DNA of 64,000 nt from Myxococcota bacterium (GTDB lineage Bacteria; Myxococcota_A; UBA9160; UBA4427). The stretch spans positions 544,001 through 608,000 of the forward strand of contig OZ252299.1 in assembly GCA_965250285.1 (NCBI GenBank), in the 5' to 3' direction. Of the stretch, positions 28,583 through 38,851 are shown piece by piece; the first letter of the stretch is position 1; the number at the start of each line of letters is the position of its first letter. The notes beneath the pieces were generated by a model. The model worked only from the letters and a program-made list of their open reading frames with translations. It had not been told where the DNA came from and searched no databases. Position numbers and translations under genes: made by a program.

Positions 28583-29617
28583 CTAGTCGGGTCGTGCGCG
28601 CCGGGCGCGGGCGTAGGCCTCGCGCGCGCCGACCGGGTCGTCCTCTTCGTTCAGCGTCTTGCCGAGGCCCACGAGGGCATCGGGGTGTTCCGGCTCGATC
28701 TCGAGTACGCGCTCGAAGTACGCGCGGGCTTCGCGCGTGCGATCGCGCTGCATCTGGATCTCGCCTGCGGTGACGAGGAGATCGAGGTCGGGGGTCGGCG
28801 CGTAGAGCTGCTCCGATGCCTCGCGGGCCACGGTGCGCCAGGCGCCCTCGGCGTCGCCGCGCATCGCGAGCAGCCGCGCCTTCTCGAGGTCGGATACGTC
28901 GGGTGACTCGGCGGCGTCGGCGATGCGTTCGCGCATCAGGTCGACGGTCGGACCGCTCTCGCCTTCGAGCTCGGTCCAGGCGCGGGCGACTTCGCCCGAA
29001 TCCATCAGCTCGAGGCCTCGGCTGCGGAGCGAGAGCTCGTCGAGGGTGACGCTCTGCTGATCGGCCCGGTGTCGCTTGGGTCGATCGAGCACCGGGAGCA
29101 GGCTGTCGAGGGCGGCGTTGGCGGCGAGCGCCACCTTGTTCGCCGCCGCCGCCGCGCGACCCGAGCCGAGCAGTCGGCCATCGGTCACGCGGTGCGTGCG
29201 GAGCAGGATCTCGATGCGCCCCTTGTCGAAGCGCAGGTCGGTCACGACGGCGAGGTCGCCGCCCGAGAGCTGGGCGGCGGCGAGCAGGTCGCGGGTGCTG
29301 ACGGGCTTGCCGCGAGCGGCGCGTCGCAGCTTGTCGGTCTCGATGCGTGCGGCCGCGCCGTCGGCGACGTCGGCGCCCGAGGCGCGCAGCTGCTCTTCGA
29401 TCCAATCGACGAGGCCCGGTGCGAGGGGCGAGAGGTTCGATGCGGTCGAACCCTGGACGACGGCGATCCGCTCGGGCCCCGAGGCGGGATCCGCGGCGAG
29501 CGCGGGCGCAGCGGCCATCAGCAAGAGGCCGAGGGCCAAGACGAATGCGGAAGCCACGGTTCGACGCACGGGCACGGTCCTTCCTCGAGGGCAGAACGAA
29601 GGCAGATCGCTTGTCAC
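28583..29617 (-). CDS. signal-peptide/TPR protein, upstream part of the same reading frame as the kinase, ending at an in-frame TAG
   Basis: Signal peptide ...LLLMAAAPALA; TPRs; frame continues without stop from TAG 28585-28583 to ATG 28522. Confidence 0.75.
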   Translation of the reverse strand: MTSDLPSFCPRGRTVPVRRTVASAFVLALGLLLMAAAPALAADPASGPERIAVVQGSTASNLSPLAPGLVDWIEEQLRASGADVADGAAARIETDKLRRAARGKPVSTRDLLAAAQLSGGDLAVVTDLRFDKGRIEILLRTHRVTDGRLLGSGRAAAAANKVALAANAALDSLLPVLDRPKRHRADQQSVTLDELSLRSRGLELMDSGEVARAWTELEGESGPTVDLMRERIADAAESPDVSDLEKARLLAMRGDAEGAWRTVAREASEQLYAPTPDLDLLVTAGEIQMQRDRTREARAYFERVLEIEPEHPDALVGLGKTLNEEDDPVGAREAYARARRARPD

Positions 29618-29875
29618 ATCGGGAAGGCGCCGGAATGGGTTGAGCGTTTCACCGGAAGACGGCGCGAATTTCCCCCGCAGCTTCGCGGCAGCGCGGTTCG
29701 CTCTGCCGGTGCGCGCGCGTGTCGGGGCGAAATCCCGCCAGCTGCCGCTTCGGTATCGTCTGCGCGCTCGCGCGCACGTCGCCGCCGCACGCCCGGGAGA
29801 CCGCGCATTCCGCCGTCATCGAAGCCGTCCAACGCCACCGACACGCCCGACCGCGACGGCGCCGCCGGTCGGCGC

Positions 29876-30787
29876 GTGCTCGAGGACGGTCGCGATCGCG
29901 TCGGCCAGACGGGCGTGATCGTCGGTCACTACGGGATCGCGGTCGATCTGCGGCTCGACGTGACCGACGAGTGCATCACGGTCCGAGTGCATCGCGACTC
30001 GGGGCACGTCGTCGGCCAGCAGGTCGAGATCGAGGCCGGGGGACTCCGCGCGCGGCCGAGCCGAAGCGTGCTTCGGCGGCGCGACACCCGCGGCCGCCTG
30101 CGCGCGGTCGCCGCCGATCTCGATCGGCTCGGTATCGTCGTCGCCCCCCGGCCTGCCACACCGCTGGGCTTCATCGACCGCGCCTGCGTCGGGGCGTCGG
30201 CGGCCGACATCGAGCCGGTGCTCATCGTCAACAAGGCCGATGCACCCGGCGCGGACGAGACGCTCGCAGCGATGCAGCGCACGTACGGCGACGCGCTCGA
30301 GATCGTTCGGGCGAGCGCGCTCACCGGCGACGGACTCGATGACGTCGCCGCGCTCTTTCAGCCCGATCGCCGGGGCGCGTTCGTGGGAACGAGTGGCGTC
30401 GGCAAATCGTCGCTCGCCAATGCGTTGTGTCCCGCGCTCGAGCTCGACGTCGGCGAGATCAACGAGCAGAGCGGACTCGGTCGCCACGTCACGACGAACG
30501 CGACGCTGCACAGGCTGCCCGGTGGTGGCGAGCTCGTCGACACGCCGGGCTTTCGCGACTTCGGACCGGTCGAGGTCAGCGCGCTCGAGCTGAGCCAGGG
30601 CTTCCTCGGCTTTCGACGCTGGCTCGCCGAGGGCTGCCGTTTTCGAGACTGTCGACACCGCACCGAGCCCGGCTGTCCGGTGCTCGCGGCGCTGGCGTCG
30701 GGCGAACTCGATGCCGAGCGCTACCGCGTCTACGTCTCGCTGCTCGATGAGATCGAGGCGGGCGAGCGGCCGGGACACGCGCGCTGA
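29876..30787 (+). CDS. rsgA: ribosome small subunit-dependent GTPase A (start approximate)
   Basis: Permuted order NKAD, GTSGVGKSS, GRHVTT, DTPG; CRFRDCRH..EPGC zinc finger. Confidence 0.92.
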   Translation: MLEDGRDRVGQTGVIVGHYGIAVDLRLDVTDECITVRVHRDSGHVVGQQVEIEAGGLRARPSRSVLRRRDTRGRLRAVAADLDRLGIVVAPRPATPLGFIDRACVGASAADIEPVLIVNKADAPGADETLAAMQRTYGDALEIVRASALTGDGLDDVAALFQPDRRGAFVGTSGVGKSSLANALCPALELDVGEINEQSGLGRHVTTNATLHRLPGGGELVDTPGFRDFGPVEVSALELSQGFLGFRRWLAEGCRFRDCRHRTEPGCPVLAALASGELDAERYRVYVSLLDEIEAGERPGHAR

Positions 30788-30806
30788 TCCGCCGGACCCG
30801 CGGCGT

Positions 30807-31667
30807 TCAGGTCCCTTCGTGATCCCGGACCTCTGGCCCTTCGAGACTGACGCGCCCGATCTTGCCAGTCTGCAGCTCTCGCAGCGCGACATCGGCAGCC
30901 CGGTCGAGGTCGACGGCGCCGCCCTTGCCGAGCAGTCCGCGCCGCCGGCCGACCCACTCGACCAGGGCGCGGCCCCCTTCGGGCAGGTCATCCGACTTGA
31001 AGCGGGCCCGCAGCAGGTCGGGGTAGCGCTCGGCGAGCAGCTCGAGCGCGAACTGCGCGACGTCGATCGGATCGAAGGCCGTCTCGCGAATCGCGCCCGA
31101 GGCGGCGAGCTTGTACGCGCCCGCCTGGTCTTCGAGCTTCGGCCAGAGCACGCCCGGCGTGTCGGACACGCTGATGCCGGCGTCGACGTTGAACTTCTGC
31201 TGGCCCCGGGTGACGGCGGGCTTGTCGCCGACCTTCGCCGAGCGGCGACCGATCAGACCGTTGATCAGGGTCGACTTGCCGGCGTTGGGGATGCCGACCA
31301 CGATGCAGCGCACCGTCTTGCCGGGTGCCGTGCGATGCGGGGCGAGCTTGCGGCAGAGCGCTGGGATCTTCTTGAGGTCGGCGGGCTTCGTGCCCTCGAA
31401 CGGCAGGACGCGCAGCCCCTCTTCGTCGCGAAACGCCTCGACCCATGCGCGCGTCACGTCGGGATCGGCGAGGTCGGCCTTGTTCAGCAGTCGCAGGCAG
31501 GGCCGCTCGCCGCGCAGCTTCGCGAGCAGCGGGTTTCGGCTCGACCACGGCAGCCGCGCATCGAGCACCTCGATCACGACATCGGTCTGACGCATGGCCT
31601 CGGCGAGCTCGCGCCGGGCCTTGTTCATGTGTCCCGGGAACCAGTTGATCTTGGGATGGTCGGCCAT
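30807..31667 (-). CDS. rbgA: ribosome biogenesis GTPase YlqF/RbgA
   Basis: INWFPGHM, EVLDARLP, NKADL, GIPNAGKST, DTPGVLWPK. Confidence 0.93.
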   Translation of the reverse strand: MADHPKINWFPGHMNKARRELAEAMRQTDVVIEVLDARLPWSSRNPLLAKLRGERPCLRLLNKADLADPDVTRAWVEAFRDEEGLRVLPFEGTKPADLKKIPALCRKLAPHRTAPGKTVRCIVVGIPNAGKSTLINGLIGRRSAKVGDKPAVTRGQQKFNVDAGISVSDTPGVLWPKLEDQAGAYKLAASGAIRETAFDPIDVAQFALELLAERYPDLLRARFKSDDLPEGGRALVEWVGRRRGLLGKGGAVDLDRAADVALRELQTGKIGRVSLEGPEVRDHEGT

Positions 31668-31757
31668 CGGGGTCGCTTTACGGGGAGGGCGCGCCGAGCA
31701 TAGCGGGCGTGCTCGAATCGGCGGTACCTTGAGGGTCGAACGGGGGGTTCCGAGCAC

Positions 31758-33143
31758 ATGAGCGGTTCGATTCGAGACGTATTGGAGCGGCCGGAGGCCG
31801 GGGGTGAGGTCACGATCCGCGGTTGGTTGCGCACCGTGCGCCACTCGAAGAACGTCTCGTTCCTCGACGTGAACGACGGATCGTGTCTGTCGGGTGTCCA
31901 GGCGGTCGCGGGCGAGGCGTGCGCCGGCTATCCCGACGACGTGCGCGCACTGGGCACCGGCTGCGCCGTCGAGGTGATCGGCGAGCTCGTCGACTCGCCC
32001 GGCCAGGGCCAGCGCTACGAGATCCAGGCCACGCAGGTCACACTGGTCGGCGGCGTCGACGACGACTACCCCATGCAGAAGAAGCGCCACGGCTTCGAGT
32101 TCCTGCGCACGATCGCGCATCTGCGCACGCGTACGAACGCCATTGGTGCCGTGCTTCGCATGCGCCACGAAGCGACGCGTGCGATTCACGAGTTCTTTCA
32201 GCGGCGCGGCTTCATCCAGCTGCACTCGCCGATCATCACGCGCAGCGATACCGAGGGCGCGGGCGAGATGTTCCGCGTCTCGACCCTCGACGCGGGCGAG
32301 CCGCCGCGCGATGCCGAGGGCCGGGTCGACTTTGCGCAGGACTTCTTCGGGGGCGAGTCGTTCCTGACGGTTTCGGGGCAGCTCGAAGCCGAGATCGCGG
32401 CCTCGTCGCATAGCCGGGTGTACACGTTCGGCCCGACGTTTCGCGCCGAGAACTCGAACACGAGCCGCCACCTGGCCGAGTTCTGGATGGTCGAGCCAGA
32501 GGTCGCGTTCTGCGACCTCGATGGCCTGGCTGCGCTCGCCACCGACTTCTTGAAGGAGGTCTTCTCGACCCTGCGCGAGCGCTGCGAAGAAGACCTCGCT
32601 TTCTTCGACAAGCGCGTCGACGACACCGTGCTCTCGAACATGGCCCACGTGATCGACTCCCCATTCGAGCGCGTGACGTACACCGAGGCCGTCGAGGTGC
32701 TCGAGCGCAGCGGCGAGGCCTTCGAGTTTCCCGTCCAGTGGGGCGAGGACCTCCAGAGCGAGCACGAGCGGTTCCTCGCCGAGAAGCACTTCGGTTGCCC
32801 GGTCGTGGTCACCGACTATCCGAAGGGCATCAAGGCCTTCTACATGTATCTGAACGACGACGACCGCACGGTGGCCGCGATGGATGTGCTGGTGCCGAGG
32901 GTGGGGGAAATCATCGGCGGCTCGCAGCGCGAGCATCGCCACGACCGACTCGAGGCCCGGCTGGCGGAGCTCGACCTGCCGAAGGACGACTACTGGTGGT
33001 ACCTCGACCTGCGGCGTCATGGCACGGTGCCGCATGCCGGCTTCGGGCTGGGCTTCGAGCGACTCGTGCAGTACGTGACCGGCATGGCCAACATCCGCGA
33101 TGTGATTCCGTTCCCGCGCGTGCCGGGCAACGCCGACTTCTAG
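31758..33143 (+). CDS. asnS: asparagine--tRNA ligase
   Basis: [51 protein letters not shown]. Confidence 0.96.
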   Translation: MSGSIRDVLERPEAGGEVTIRGWLRTVRHSKNVSFLDVNDGSCLSGVQAVAGEACAGYPDDVRALGTGCAVEVIGELVDSPGQGQRYEIQATQVTLVGGVDDDYPMQKKRHGFEFLRTIAHLRTRTNAIGAVLRMRHEATRAIHEFFQRRGFIQLHSPIITRSDTEGAGEMFRVSTLDAGEPPRDAEGRVDFAQDFFGGESFLTVSGQLEAEIAASSHSRVYTFGPTFRAENSNTSRHLAEFWMVEPEVAFCDLDGLAALATDFLKEVFSTLRERCEEDLAFFDKRVDDTVLSNMAHVIDSPFERVTYTEAVEVLERSGEAFEFPVQWGEDLQSEHERFLAEKHFGCPVVVTDYPKGIKAFYMYLNDDDRTVAAMDVLVPRVGEIIGGSQREHRHDRLEARLAELDLPKDDYWWYLDLRRHGTVPHAGFGLGFERLVQYVTGMANIRDVIPFPRVPGNADF

Positions 33144-33198
33144 ATCACGACGGCGCGCCGCCGAGCCCTGAGGTCGACCTGAGTGGCTCTAGGGCGCA

Positions 33199-33245
33199 TT
33201 GACGTCCGCGAGATCCGCCCTAAAATCCGAATCCGAATTCTGATT
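33199..33245 (+). promoter_or_regulatory. sigma70 promoter with overlapping operator palindrome (likely TetR site)
   Basis: TTGACG-16-TAAAAT; inverted repeat AATCCGAAT-ccga-ATTCTGATT (8/9) overlapping the -10. Confidence 0.7.
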
Positions 33246-33290
33246 ATGGTTCAAGGGCCGCAGCCGCGGACCGGGACCCGAGGAGACGCC

Positions 33291-34262
33291 ATGGCCCCCT
33301 CCGATCGCAGCGCCTTCGGCGCCGACACCACCACCGACGAAGTGCTCGATGGCGTCGATCTCGCCGGCCGGCTCGCGCTGGTGACCGGCGGCTCGAGCGG
33401 GCTCGGGGCCGAGACCGCTCGGGCGCTCGCCGCGCGCGGTGCCCGCGTCGTGCTGACGGCCCGCGACGTGCCCAAGGCCGAGGGCGTGGCCGAGCAGATC
33501 CGGTCGTCGACCGGCCAGGACAGCGTGCACGTCGAGGCCCTCGAGCTCGACTCGCTCGACAGCGTGCGCGCGTTCGCGAAGCGCTTTGTCGCAGCCCATG
33601 ACCGGCTCGATCTGCTGATCAACAACGCCGGCGTCATGGCCTGTCCGTACGCGACGACCCAAGATGGCTTCGAGCTTCAGTTCGGCACCAACCATGTCGG
33701 TCATTTCCTGATGACGTGCCTCATCGCGCCGGCGCTCGTGAAGGGCGCGCCCGCGCGCATCGTGAACCTGAGCTCGCGCGGTCATCAGCAGGGCGGCGTC
33801 GACTTCGACGACCTCGGTTTCGAGCAGAGGCCGTATGACAAGTGGACCGCCTACGGACAGTCGAAGACCGCCAACGTGCTCTTCACGGTCGAGCTCGAGC
33901 GGCGGCTCGGCGCTCGCGGCGTGCACGCCTATGCGGTGCATCCCGGCGTCATCCCCACTGAGCTGTCGCGTCACATGGGCAAGGAAGACTTCGAGCACGT
34001 GCGCAAGCGATCGACGGGCGGCGGCAGTGGCCCGATGAAGCTCAAGACCGTCGAGAGCGGCGCGGCGACGAGCGTCTTCGCCGCCACGGCGCCCGAGCTC
34101 GAGGGGCGCGGCGGTCTCTACCTCGAAGACTGTCACGTCGCCGAGGTCGACGACGCCCCCGATGCGCGCTCCGGCGTGCGCTCCTACGCCGTCGATCCCG
34201 AGGCCGCGAAGCGCCTGTGGAGCGTGTCGGAGGCGCTCGTCGGGCAGTCGTTCGACCTCTGA
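33291..34262 (+). CDS. short-chain dehydrogenase/reductase (retinol dehydrogenase-like)
   Basis: TGGSSGLG, NNAG, NLSS, YGQSK; AGGAG RBS. Confidence 0.92.
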   Translation: MAPSDRSAFGADTTTDEVLDGVDLAGRLALVTGGSSGLGAETARALAARGARVVLTARDVPKAEGVAEQIRSSTGQDSVHVEALELDSLDSVRAFAKRFVAAHDRLDLLINNAGVMACPYATTQDGFELQFGTNHVGHFLMTCLIAPALVKGAPARIVNLSSRGHQQGGVDFDDLGFEQRPYDKWTAYGQSKTANVLFTVELERRLGARGVHAYAVHPGVIPTELSRHMGKEDFEHVRKRSTGGGSGPMKLKTVESGAATSVFAATAPELEGRGGLYLEDCHVAEVDDAPDARSGVRSYAVDPEAAKRLWSVSEALVGQSFDL

Positions 34263-34288
34263 TCCCACCGAGACGGCGAGGCCCCGCC

Positions 34289-34963
34289 ATGGCGAAGAGT
34301 CGCTTCATCTCCGATCTGCACTGGGTGCGCGAAGGCAAGCAGACGCGCAGCCAGAAAACCCAGCAGTCGCTGCTCGATGCGGCCGAGGTGCTCTTCGCCG
34401 AGAAGGGCGTCGACGCGACATCGGTGGCCGACGTCGCGGCCGCGGCCGGCGCATCGGTCGGTGCGGTCTACCACCACTTTCGCGACAAGCAGACGCTGCT
34501 CTATGCGGTGTTCGAGCGGATGGCCGACCAGCTGCACGCCACGATGCGTGAGGCCGTCGATCCGGCGCGCTGGGTGGGCGCGAGCGTGCTCGACGTGCTC
34601 GAGGGCTACCTCGAGTTCTCGCTCGAGCTCGGGCGCAATCGGCCGTCGTCGAAGGGGGCGGGGATCGAGGCCGCCCGTCAGGATCCGGTGCTCGACGACC
34701 GTATGCGAGCGCTCTATGCCGAGATCAACGACGAGCTGATGCAGCTGCTCCTCGCCCGCCGTGACGAGGTCGGCCACCCGGAGCCCGAGCTCGCCCTCGC
34801 GTTCGTGTTCGATCAGCTCTCGGCGATGAAGAAGGCGCGGCTCGATGAGCTGCAGGGGCCGCCCCAGCTGGCGGGCCGGTCCGACGCGGTATTCGTGCGC
34901 GAAGCCCTCGATTCGGCGGCGCGCTACCTGCGCCTCGACGTCGACGACCGGGCGGGTGCATGA
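34289..34963 (+). CDS. TetR/AcrR family transcriptional regulator
   Basis: LLDAAEVLFAEKG...TSVADVAAAAGASVGAVYHHFRDK HTH. Confidence 0.92.
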   Translation: MAKSRFISDLHWVREGKQTRSQKTQQSLLDAAEVLFAEKGVDATSVADVAAAAGASVGAVYHHFRDKQTLLYAVFERMADQLHATMREAVDPARWVGASVLDVLEGYLEFSLELGRNRPSSKGAGIEAARQDPVLDDRMRALYAEINDELMQLLLARRDEVGHPEPELALAFVFDQLSAMKKARLDELQGPPQLAGRSDAVFVREALDSAARYLRLDVDDRAGA

Positions 34964-36378
34964 GGACGTGGCGCCAGGCCTTCCTCACCCGGCTCGACGA
35001 CTCGGGTCGCTACCCGGCGTGGGTGCTCTTCGCCGTGCTCGCCGGCGGCTTCGCGACGAGCTTCCCGTTCACGATCCTCGCGGTGTCGCTTGGGCCGATC
35101 GCCGAAGAGCTGGGCTCGACCGAGACGGTCGTGTCGTGGGTCGTGACCGCGCCGATGCTGCTCTCGGCGGTCACGTTCCCCTTGCTCGGCAAGCTCGGTG
35201 ATCTCTATGGGCATCGGCGCGTCTTCTTGTGGGGCTTCGCCGGCTCGACCGTCGTCGCCGCGCTGACCGCGCTCGCGTGGGACGCCGCGTCGCTGATCGG
35301 TCTGCGGACGCTGGCCGCGGTGCTCGGTGGCGCGACCCAGCCCACGGCCATGGCGCTGCTCTTCTCGGTCAATCCAGACGGCGGCCGGGTACGCGCCATG
35401 GGTTGGTGGTCGATGACGATGGCCGGCGCGCCCGCACTCGGCCTCGTGCTCGGCGGGCCGCTCGTCGACTGGCTCGGCTGGCGCGTCGTCTTTCTGCTGC
35501 AGGCCGGCATGAGCGCGGCGGCGCTCCTGATCGCCTACATGGTGCTGCGCGAGACGCCGCGGTTGCGGGTGCGCTTCGACCTGCTCGGCGCCCTGGCGCT
35601 CGGCATCGGTGCGGGCGGTCTGATGGCGGCCCTCGGCGGGGTGCGTGAGGTCGGCCTCGACTCGCCGCTCATCCCCGCTGCGATCGCGACGGGCGTGCTC
35701 GGGGTGATCGCCTTCGTTCGGATCGAAGCGCGGGTCCGCGACCCGCTGATCCCGCTCGAGCTCTTCCGCGACGTCAGCTTCTCGGCCACGCTCGCGACGA
35801 ACGCGTTCAACTCGGCGGCCTACATGGGCGCGTTCGTCATCGCGCCGCTGTTGCTCTACCGCTCGTTCGAGTTCTCGATCACCGAGGCATCGCTCGTGAT
35901 GGTGCTGCGCACGGCGTCCCTGACTCTGGCCTCGCCGCTGGGTGGATCGCTCGGTGAGCGGCTGGGCGAGCGTGCGCCCTCGGTGCTGGGTGGCGCGCTG
36001 ATGGCGCTCGCGCTGGTCGCGATCGCGTGGGGCGCGTGGCAGTCGAGCCTGGTCTGGTTCGGCATCGGTCTCATCGGCCAGGGCATCGGCCACGGGGTCA
36101 GTCAGCCACCGATCACCTCGGCCATCGCACACTCGGTCGACGAATCCCAGCTCGGCATCGCGGCGGCGGCGAATCGGCTGGCGGGCCAGGGGGGTGCGGC
36201 GTTCGGCATCGCCGCATTGACGCTCGCGTACGGCGGCCTCGCCGAGCCCGACGCCTTTGCGCGGGCCTTCGCGCTGGGCGCGGCGCTCGCTGCTGCGTCG
36301 GCCTTGACGGCGCTGGGCATCGGTGTCGGCGTGCGTCCGCCGGCGCTCGAGATCGCGCCGACCGGCGAGCCGAACTGA
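34960..36378 (+). CDS. MFS transporter (DHA2-like)
   Basis: GKLGDLYGHRR motif A, many TM segments, RFDLLG. Confidence 0.88.
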   Translation: MRTWRQAFLTRLDDSGRYPAWVLFAVLAGGFATSFPFTILAVSLGPIAEELGSTETVVSWVVTAPMLLSAVTFPLLGKLGDLYGHRRVFLWGFAGSTVVAALTALAWDAASLIGLRTLAAVLGGATQPTAMALLFSVNPDGGRVRAMGWWSMTMAGAPALGLVLGGPLVDWLGWRVVFLLQAGMSAAALLIAYMVLRETPRLRVRFDLLGALALGIGAGGLMAALGGVREVGLDSPLIPAAIATGVLGVIAFVRIEARVRDPLIPLELFRDVSFSATLATNAFNSAAYMGAFVIAPLLLYRSFEFSITEASLVMVLRTASLTLASPLGGSLGERLGERAPSVLGGALMALALVAIAWGAWQSSLVWFGIGLIGQGIGHGVSQPPITSAIAHSVDESQLGIAAAANRLAGQGGAAFGIAALTLAYGGLAEPDAFARAFALGAALAAASALTALGIGVGVRPPALEIAPTGEPN

Positions 36379-36442
36379 GTCGTTCAGGTCGGCGCGTCGA
36401 CCCGATCGAAGCGATCGGGTACGCGCCGTGGAGGGGAGACAC

Positions 36443-37459
36443 ATGGAGTATCGACCTTTTGGGCGTACGGGCGTCCGCGTCAGCCAGCTCGGTCTGGGCA
36501 CGATGATGTTCGGCGGTCGCACCGACGCGGCCGAGTCGACGCGCATCATCGATCACGCCCTCGACCGGGGCGTCAACTTCGTCGACACCGCCGACGTGTA
36601 TGCGGGCAACGAGAGCGAGCGCATCGTCGGTGATGCGCTCGCCGCCGACGGCAAGCGAGGCCACGTGTTCCTCGCGACGAAGTTCAACTTTCCGCAGGGC
36701 GATGACGTGAACGCCCGAGGCGTCAGTCGCCGTCACTTGATCCAAGCGTGCGACGCGTCGTTGAAGCGACTGAAGACCGACTGGATCGACCTCTACCAGA
36801 TGCACCGGTGCCACGCCGACGTCCCGATCGACGAGAGCCTGCGGGCGCTCGACGACCTGATCCGGGCCGGCAAGGTCCGCTACATCGGCGGCAGCATGTT
36901 TCCGAGCTGGCGCATCGTCGAGGCGCTCTGGGTCTCGAAGGAGCTCGGCTTGAATCGCCTCGCGAGCGAGCAGCCCGCCTATCACCTGCTCGATCGCACC
37001 ATCGAACGCGAGGTGTTGCCGGCCGCCCGTTCGTTCGGTCTGGCCGTCATTCCGTGGGGTCCGCTCTGCGGCGGGCTGCTGACGGGCAAGTACGACCGCG
37101 ACTCGGGCGACACCGACGGCCGCTGGCAGGGAGGGCAGGACAACTTCAATCGCCGCGCCACCGAGCTCGCGTGGGATGTCCTCGACGAGCTGCGCAGCCT
37201 TGCGAAGGCGAAGGGCTGCAGCGTGTCGCAGCTCGCGCTCGCCTGGGTCTGCGCGCAGCCGGGCGTCACGGCGCCGATCATCGGCCCGCGCACATTCGAG
37301 CAGGTCGAAGACAATCTCGGCGCGGTCGACGTGAAGCTCGACGACGAGGACCGCGCCCGCATCGATGCCCTCGTGCCGCCCCGCAGCGCGGCGGTTCGGT
37401 ACTACGACGAGGCGGCGGCCGCCGACTTCGGGCCCGTCCAACACAGGAGCATCGTATGA
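36443..37459 (+). CDS. aldo/keto reductase
   Basis: LGLGTMMFG, DTADVY, SLKRLKTDWIDLYQMH, GKVRYIG. Confidence 0.92.
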   Translation: MEYRPFGRTGVRVSQLGLGTMMFGGRTDAAESTRIIDHALDRGVNFVDTADVYAGNESERIVGDALAADGKRGHVFLATKFNFPQGDDVNARGVSRRHLIQACDASLKRLKTDWIDLYQMHRCHADVPIDESLRALDDLIRAGKVRYIGGSMFPSWRIVEALWVSKELGLNRLASEQPAYHLLDRTIEREVLPAARSFGLAVIPWGPLCGGLLTGKYDRDSGDTDGRWQGGQDNFNRRATELAWDVLDELRSLAKAKGCSVSQLALAWVCAQPGVTAPIIGPRTFEQVEDNLGAVDVKLDDEDRARIDALVPPRSAAVRYYDEAAAADFGPVQHRSIV

Positions 37460-37923
37460 CCGGGACGATCTTGAAGTGGGGCGCCGTCGTCCTCGTGTCC
37501 GGCATGGTGGTGCTCGGCGCCGGTGCGCTCTTCTACACCGCCGTCATGAATCCGCGTGTCGAGCGCGAGCTGCGCGAAGAACCGAACGGCGAGCGGGCGC
37601 GCAAGGTCATGCTGATCACGCTGCCGTCGGGTCGCACGATCCCGGTCAACTATCTGCGCGAGGGCAACCGGGTCTATGCCGGCGCGGACGGGAGCTGGTG
37701 GAAGGAGCTGCGCGGCGAGGGCGGCCGGGGCAGTGTCTTCGTTCGGGGCGAGACGCTGCAGGGGCACATGCGGGCCGTCGAGGGCGATCCCGAGTGGCGC
37801 AAGGACGTCTTCAGTCGTCTGCGACCGAGCGCGTTGCCCGGCTCGGGGACGCTGGTGGTCGTCGAGCTCGACGCGCCCGATGGTGACGCCCTTGCCGATG
37901 CGCAAGTCGAGAGGAGCGAGTGA
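37456..37923 (+). CDS. membrane-anchored protein resembling Ddn/F420H2-dependent split-barrel reductases
   Basis: N-terminal TM; MLITLPSGRTIPVNY...VYAG...WWKEL pattern; ATGA overlap. Confidence 0.55.
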   Translation: MTGTILKWGAVVLVSGMVVLGAGALFYTAVMNPRVERELREEPNGERARKVMLITLPSGRTIPVNYLREGNRVYAGADGSWWKELRGEGGRGSVFVRGETLQGHMRAVEGDPEWRKDVFSRLRPSALPGSGTLVVVELDAPDGDALADAQVERSE

Positions 37924-37924
37924 G

Positions 37925-38851
37925 ATGGCCGACTACGATGCGTCGCACGTCCCCGACCAGCGCGGCCGCACGATCTTCGTGACCGGAGCGAACACAGGCA
38001 TCGGCTTCGAGGCAGCCCGGGTGCTTGCGGGGCGAGGCGCTCGGGTGTTGCTCGGCTGTCGCTCGCGGGCTCGGGCGGACGAGGCGCTCGGTCGCATCGA
38101 CGACGCGCATCCCGGTGCCGATGTCGCGTGGGTGCCGCTCGATCTGACCCGGCTCGCCTCGGTCGCCGAGGCGGCCGACCAGGTGCGGCAGGAGCCGCGC
38201 CTCGACGTGTTGATCAACAACGCGGGCGTGATGGTCCCGCCGAAGTCGCAGACCGAAGACGGCTTCGAGCTGCAGTTCGGCGTCAACCATCTCGGGCACT
38301 ATGCGCTCACGGGTCACCTCCTCGACCGGCTGGCCGAGACGCCCGCGAGCCGCGTGGTGACCGTCAGCAGCCTCGCCCACGTGCAGGGCCGCATCGACTT
38401 CGAAGACCCGCATGCCGAGCGCTCGTACGACGCGATGGCGCGCTACCGCTCGAGCAAGGCCGCCAATCTCATCTTCACCTTCGAGCTCGCGCGGCGCCTC
38501 GAGTCGGCGGGCGTCGACGTGACCGCGGTGGCCTGTCACCCCGGCATCGCCGACACCGAGCTGTCGCGCACGTTCCCGGCCTACTTCTGGATCCTGGCGC
38601 CGCTGATCCGGCCCTTCTTCAACACGGCCGAAGAGGGCGCGCTGCCAACCCTGATGGCCGCGACGCGAGCCGACGTGCGGCCCACCGACTACTTCGGTCC
38701 GACGAAGCGGGGTGAGACTGCGCGCTCGGCCGGCCCCGGCCGGATCGCCTCGCACGTGCGCGATGCGGGCATCGGCCGGCGGCTCTGGGATCTGAGCGAG
38801 GAGCTGACCGGCGTGGCCTACGCCACGTTCGCGCGGGCGGCCCGGCCGTGA
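37925..38851 (+). CDS. short-chain dehydrogenase/reductase
   Basis: TGANTGIG, NNAG, TVSS, YRSSK, CHPG. Confidence 0.92.
   Translation: MADYDASHVPDQRGRTIFVTGANTGIGFEAARVLAGRGARVLLGCRSRARADEALGRIDDAHPGADVAWVPLDLTRLASVAEAADQVRQEPRLDVLINNAGVMVPPKSQTEDGFELQFGVNHLGHYALTGHLLDRLAETPASRVVTVSSLAHVQGRIDFEDPHAERSYDAMARYRSSKAANLIFTFELARRLESAGVDVTAVACHPGIADTELSRTFPAYFWILAPLIRPFFNTAEEGALPTLMAATRADVRPTDYFGPTKRGETARSAGPGRIASHVRDAGIGRRLWDLSEELTGVAYATFARAARP

Noticed and set aside
28583..28585. Genome-wide TAG recoding or pyrrolysine
   Set aside because: TAG terminates full-length genes elsewhere in the window (asnS, hisS, speA); no pyl genes seen
29069..29875. Long N-terminal extensions in the ORF track (rsgA, rbgA, histidine kinase, rhomboid-like gene)
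   Set aside because: They overlap real opposite-strand genes and are low-complexity Arg/Ala/Pro-rich sequence; conserved domains start later
37851..37858. E. coli Chi site GCTGGTGG in a recBCD-containing window
   Set aside because: An isolated occurrence is expected by chance, and Chi sequences are lineage-specific
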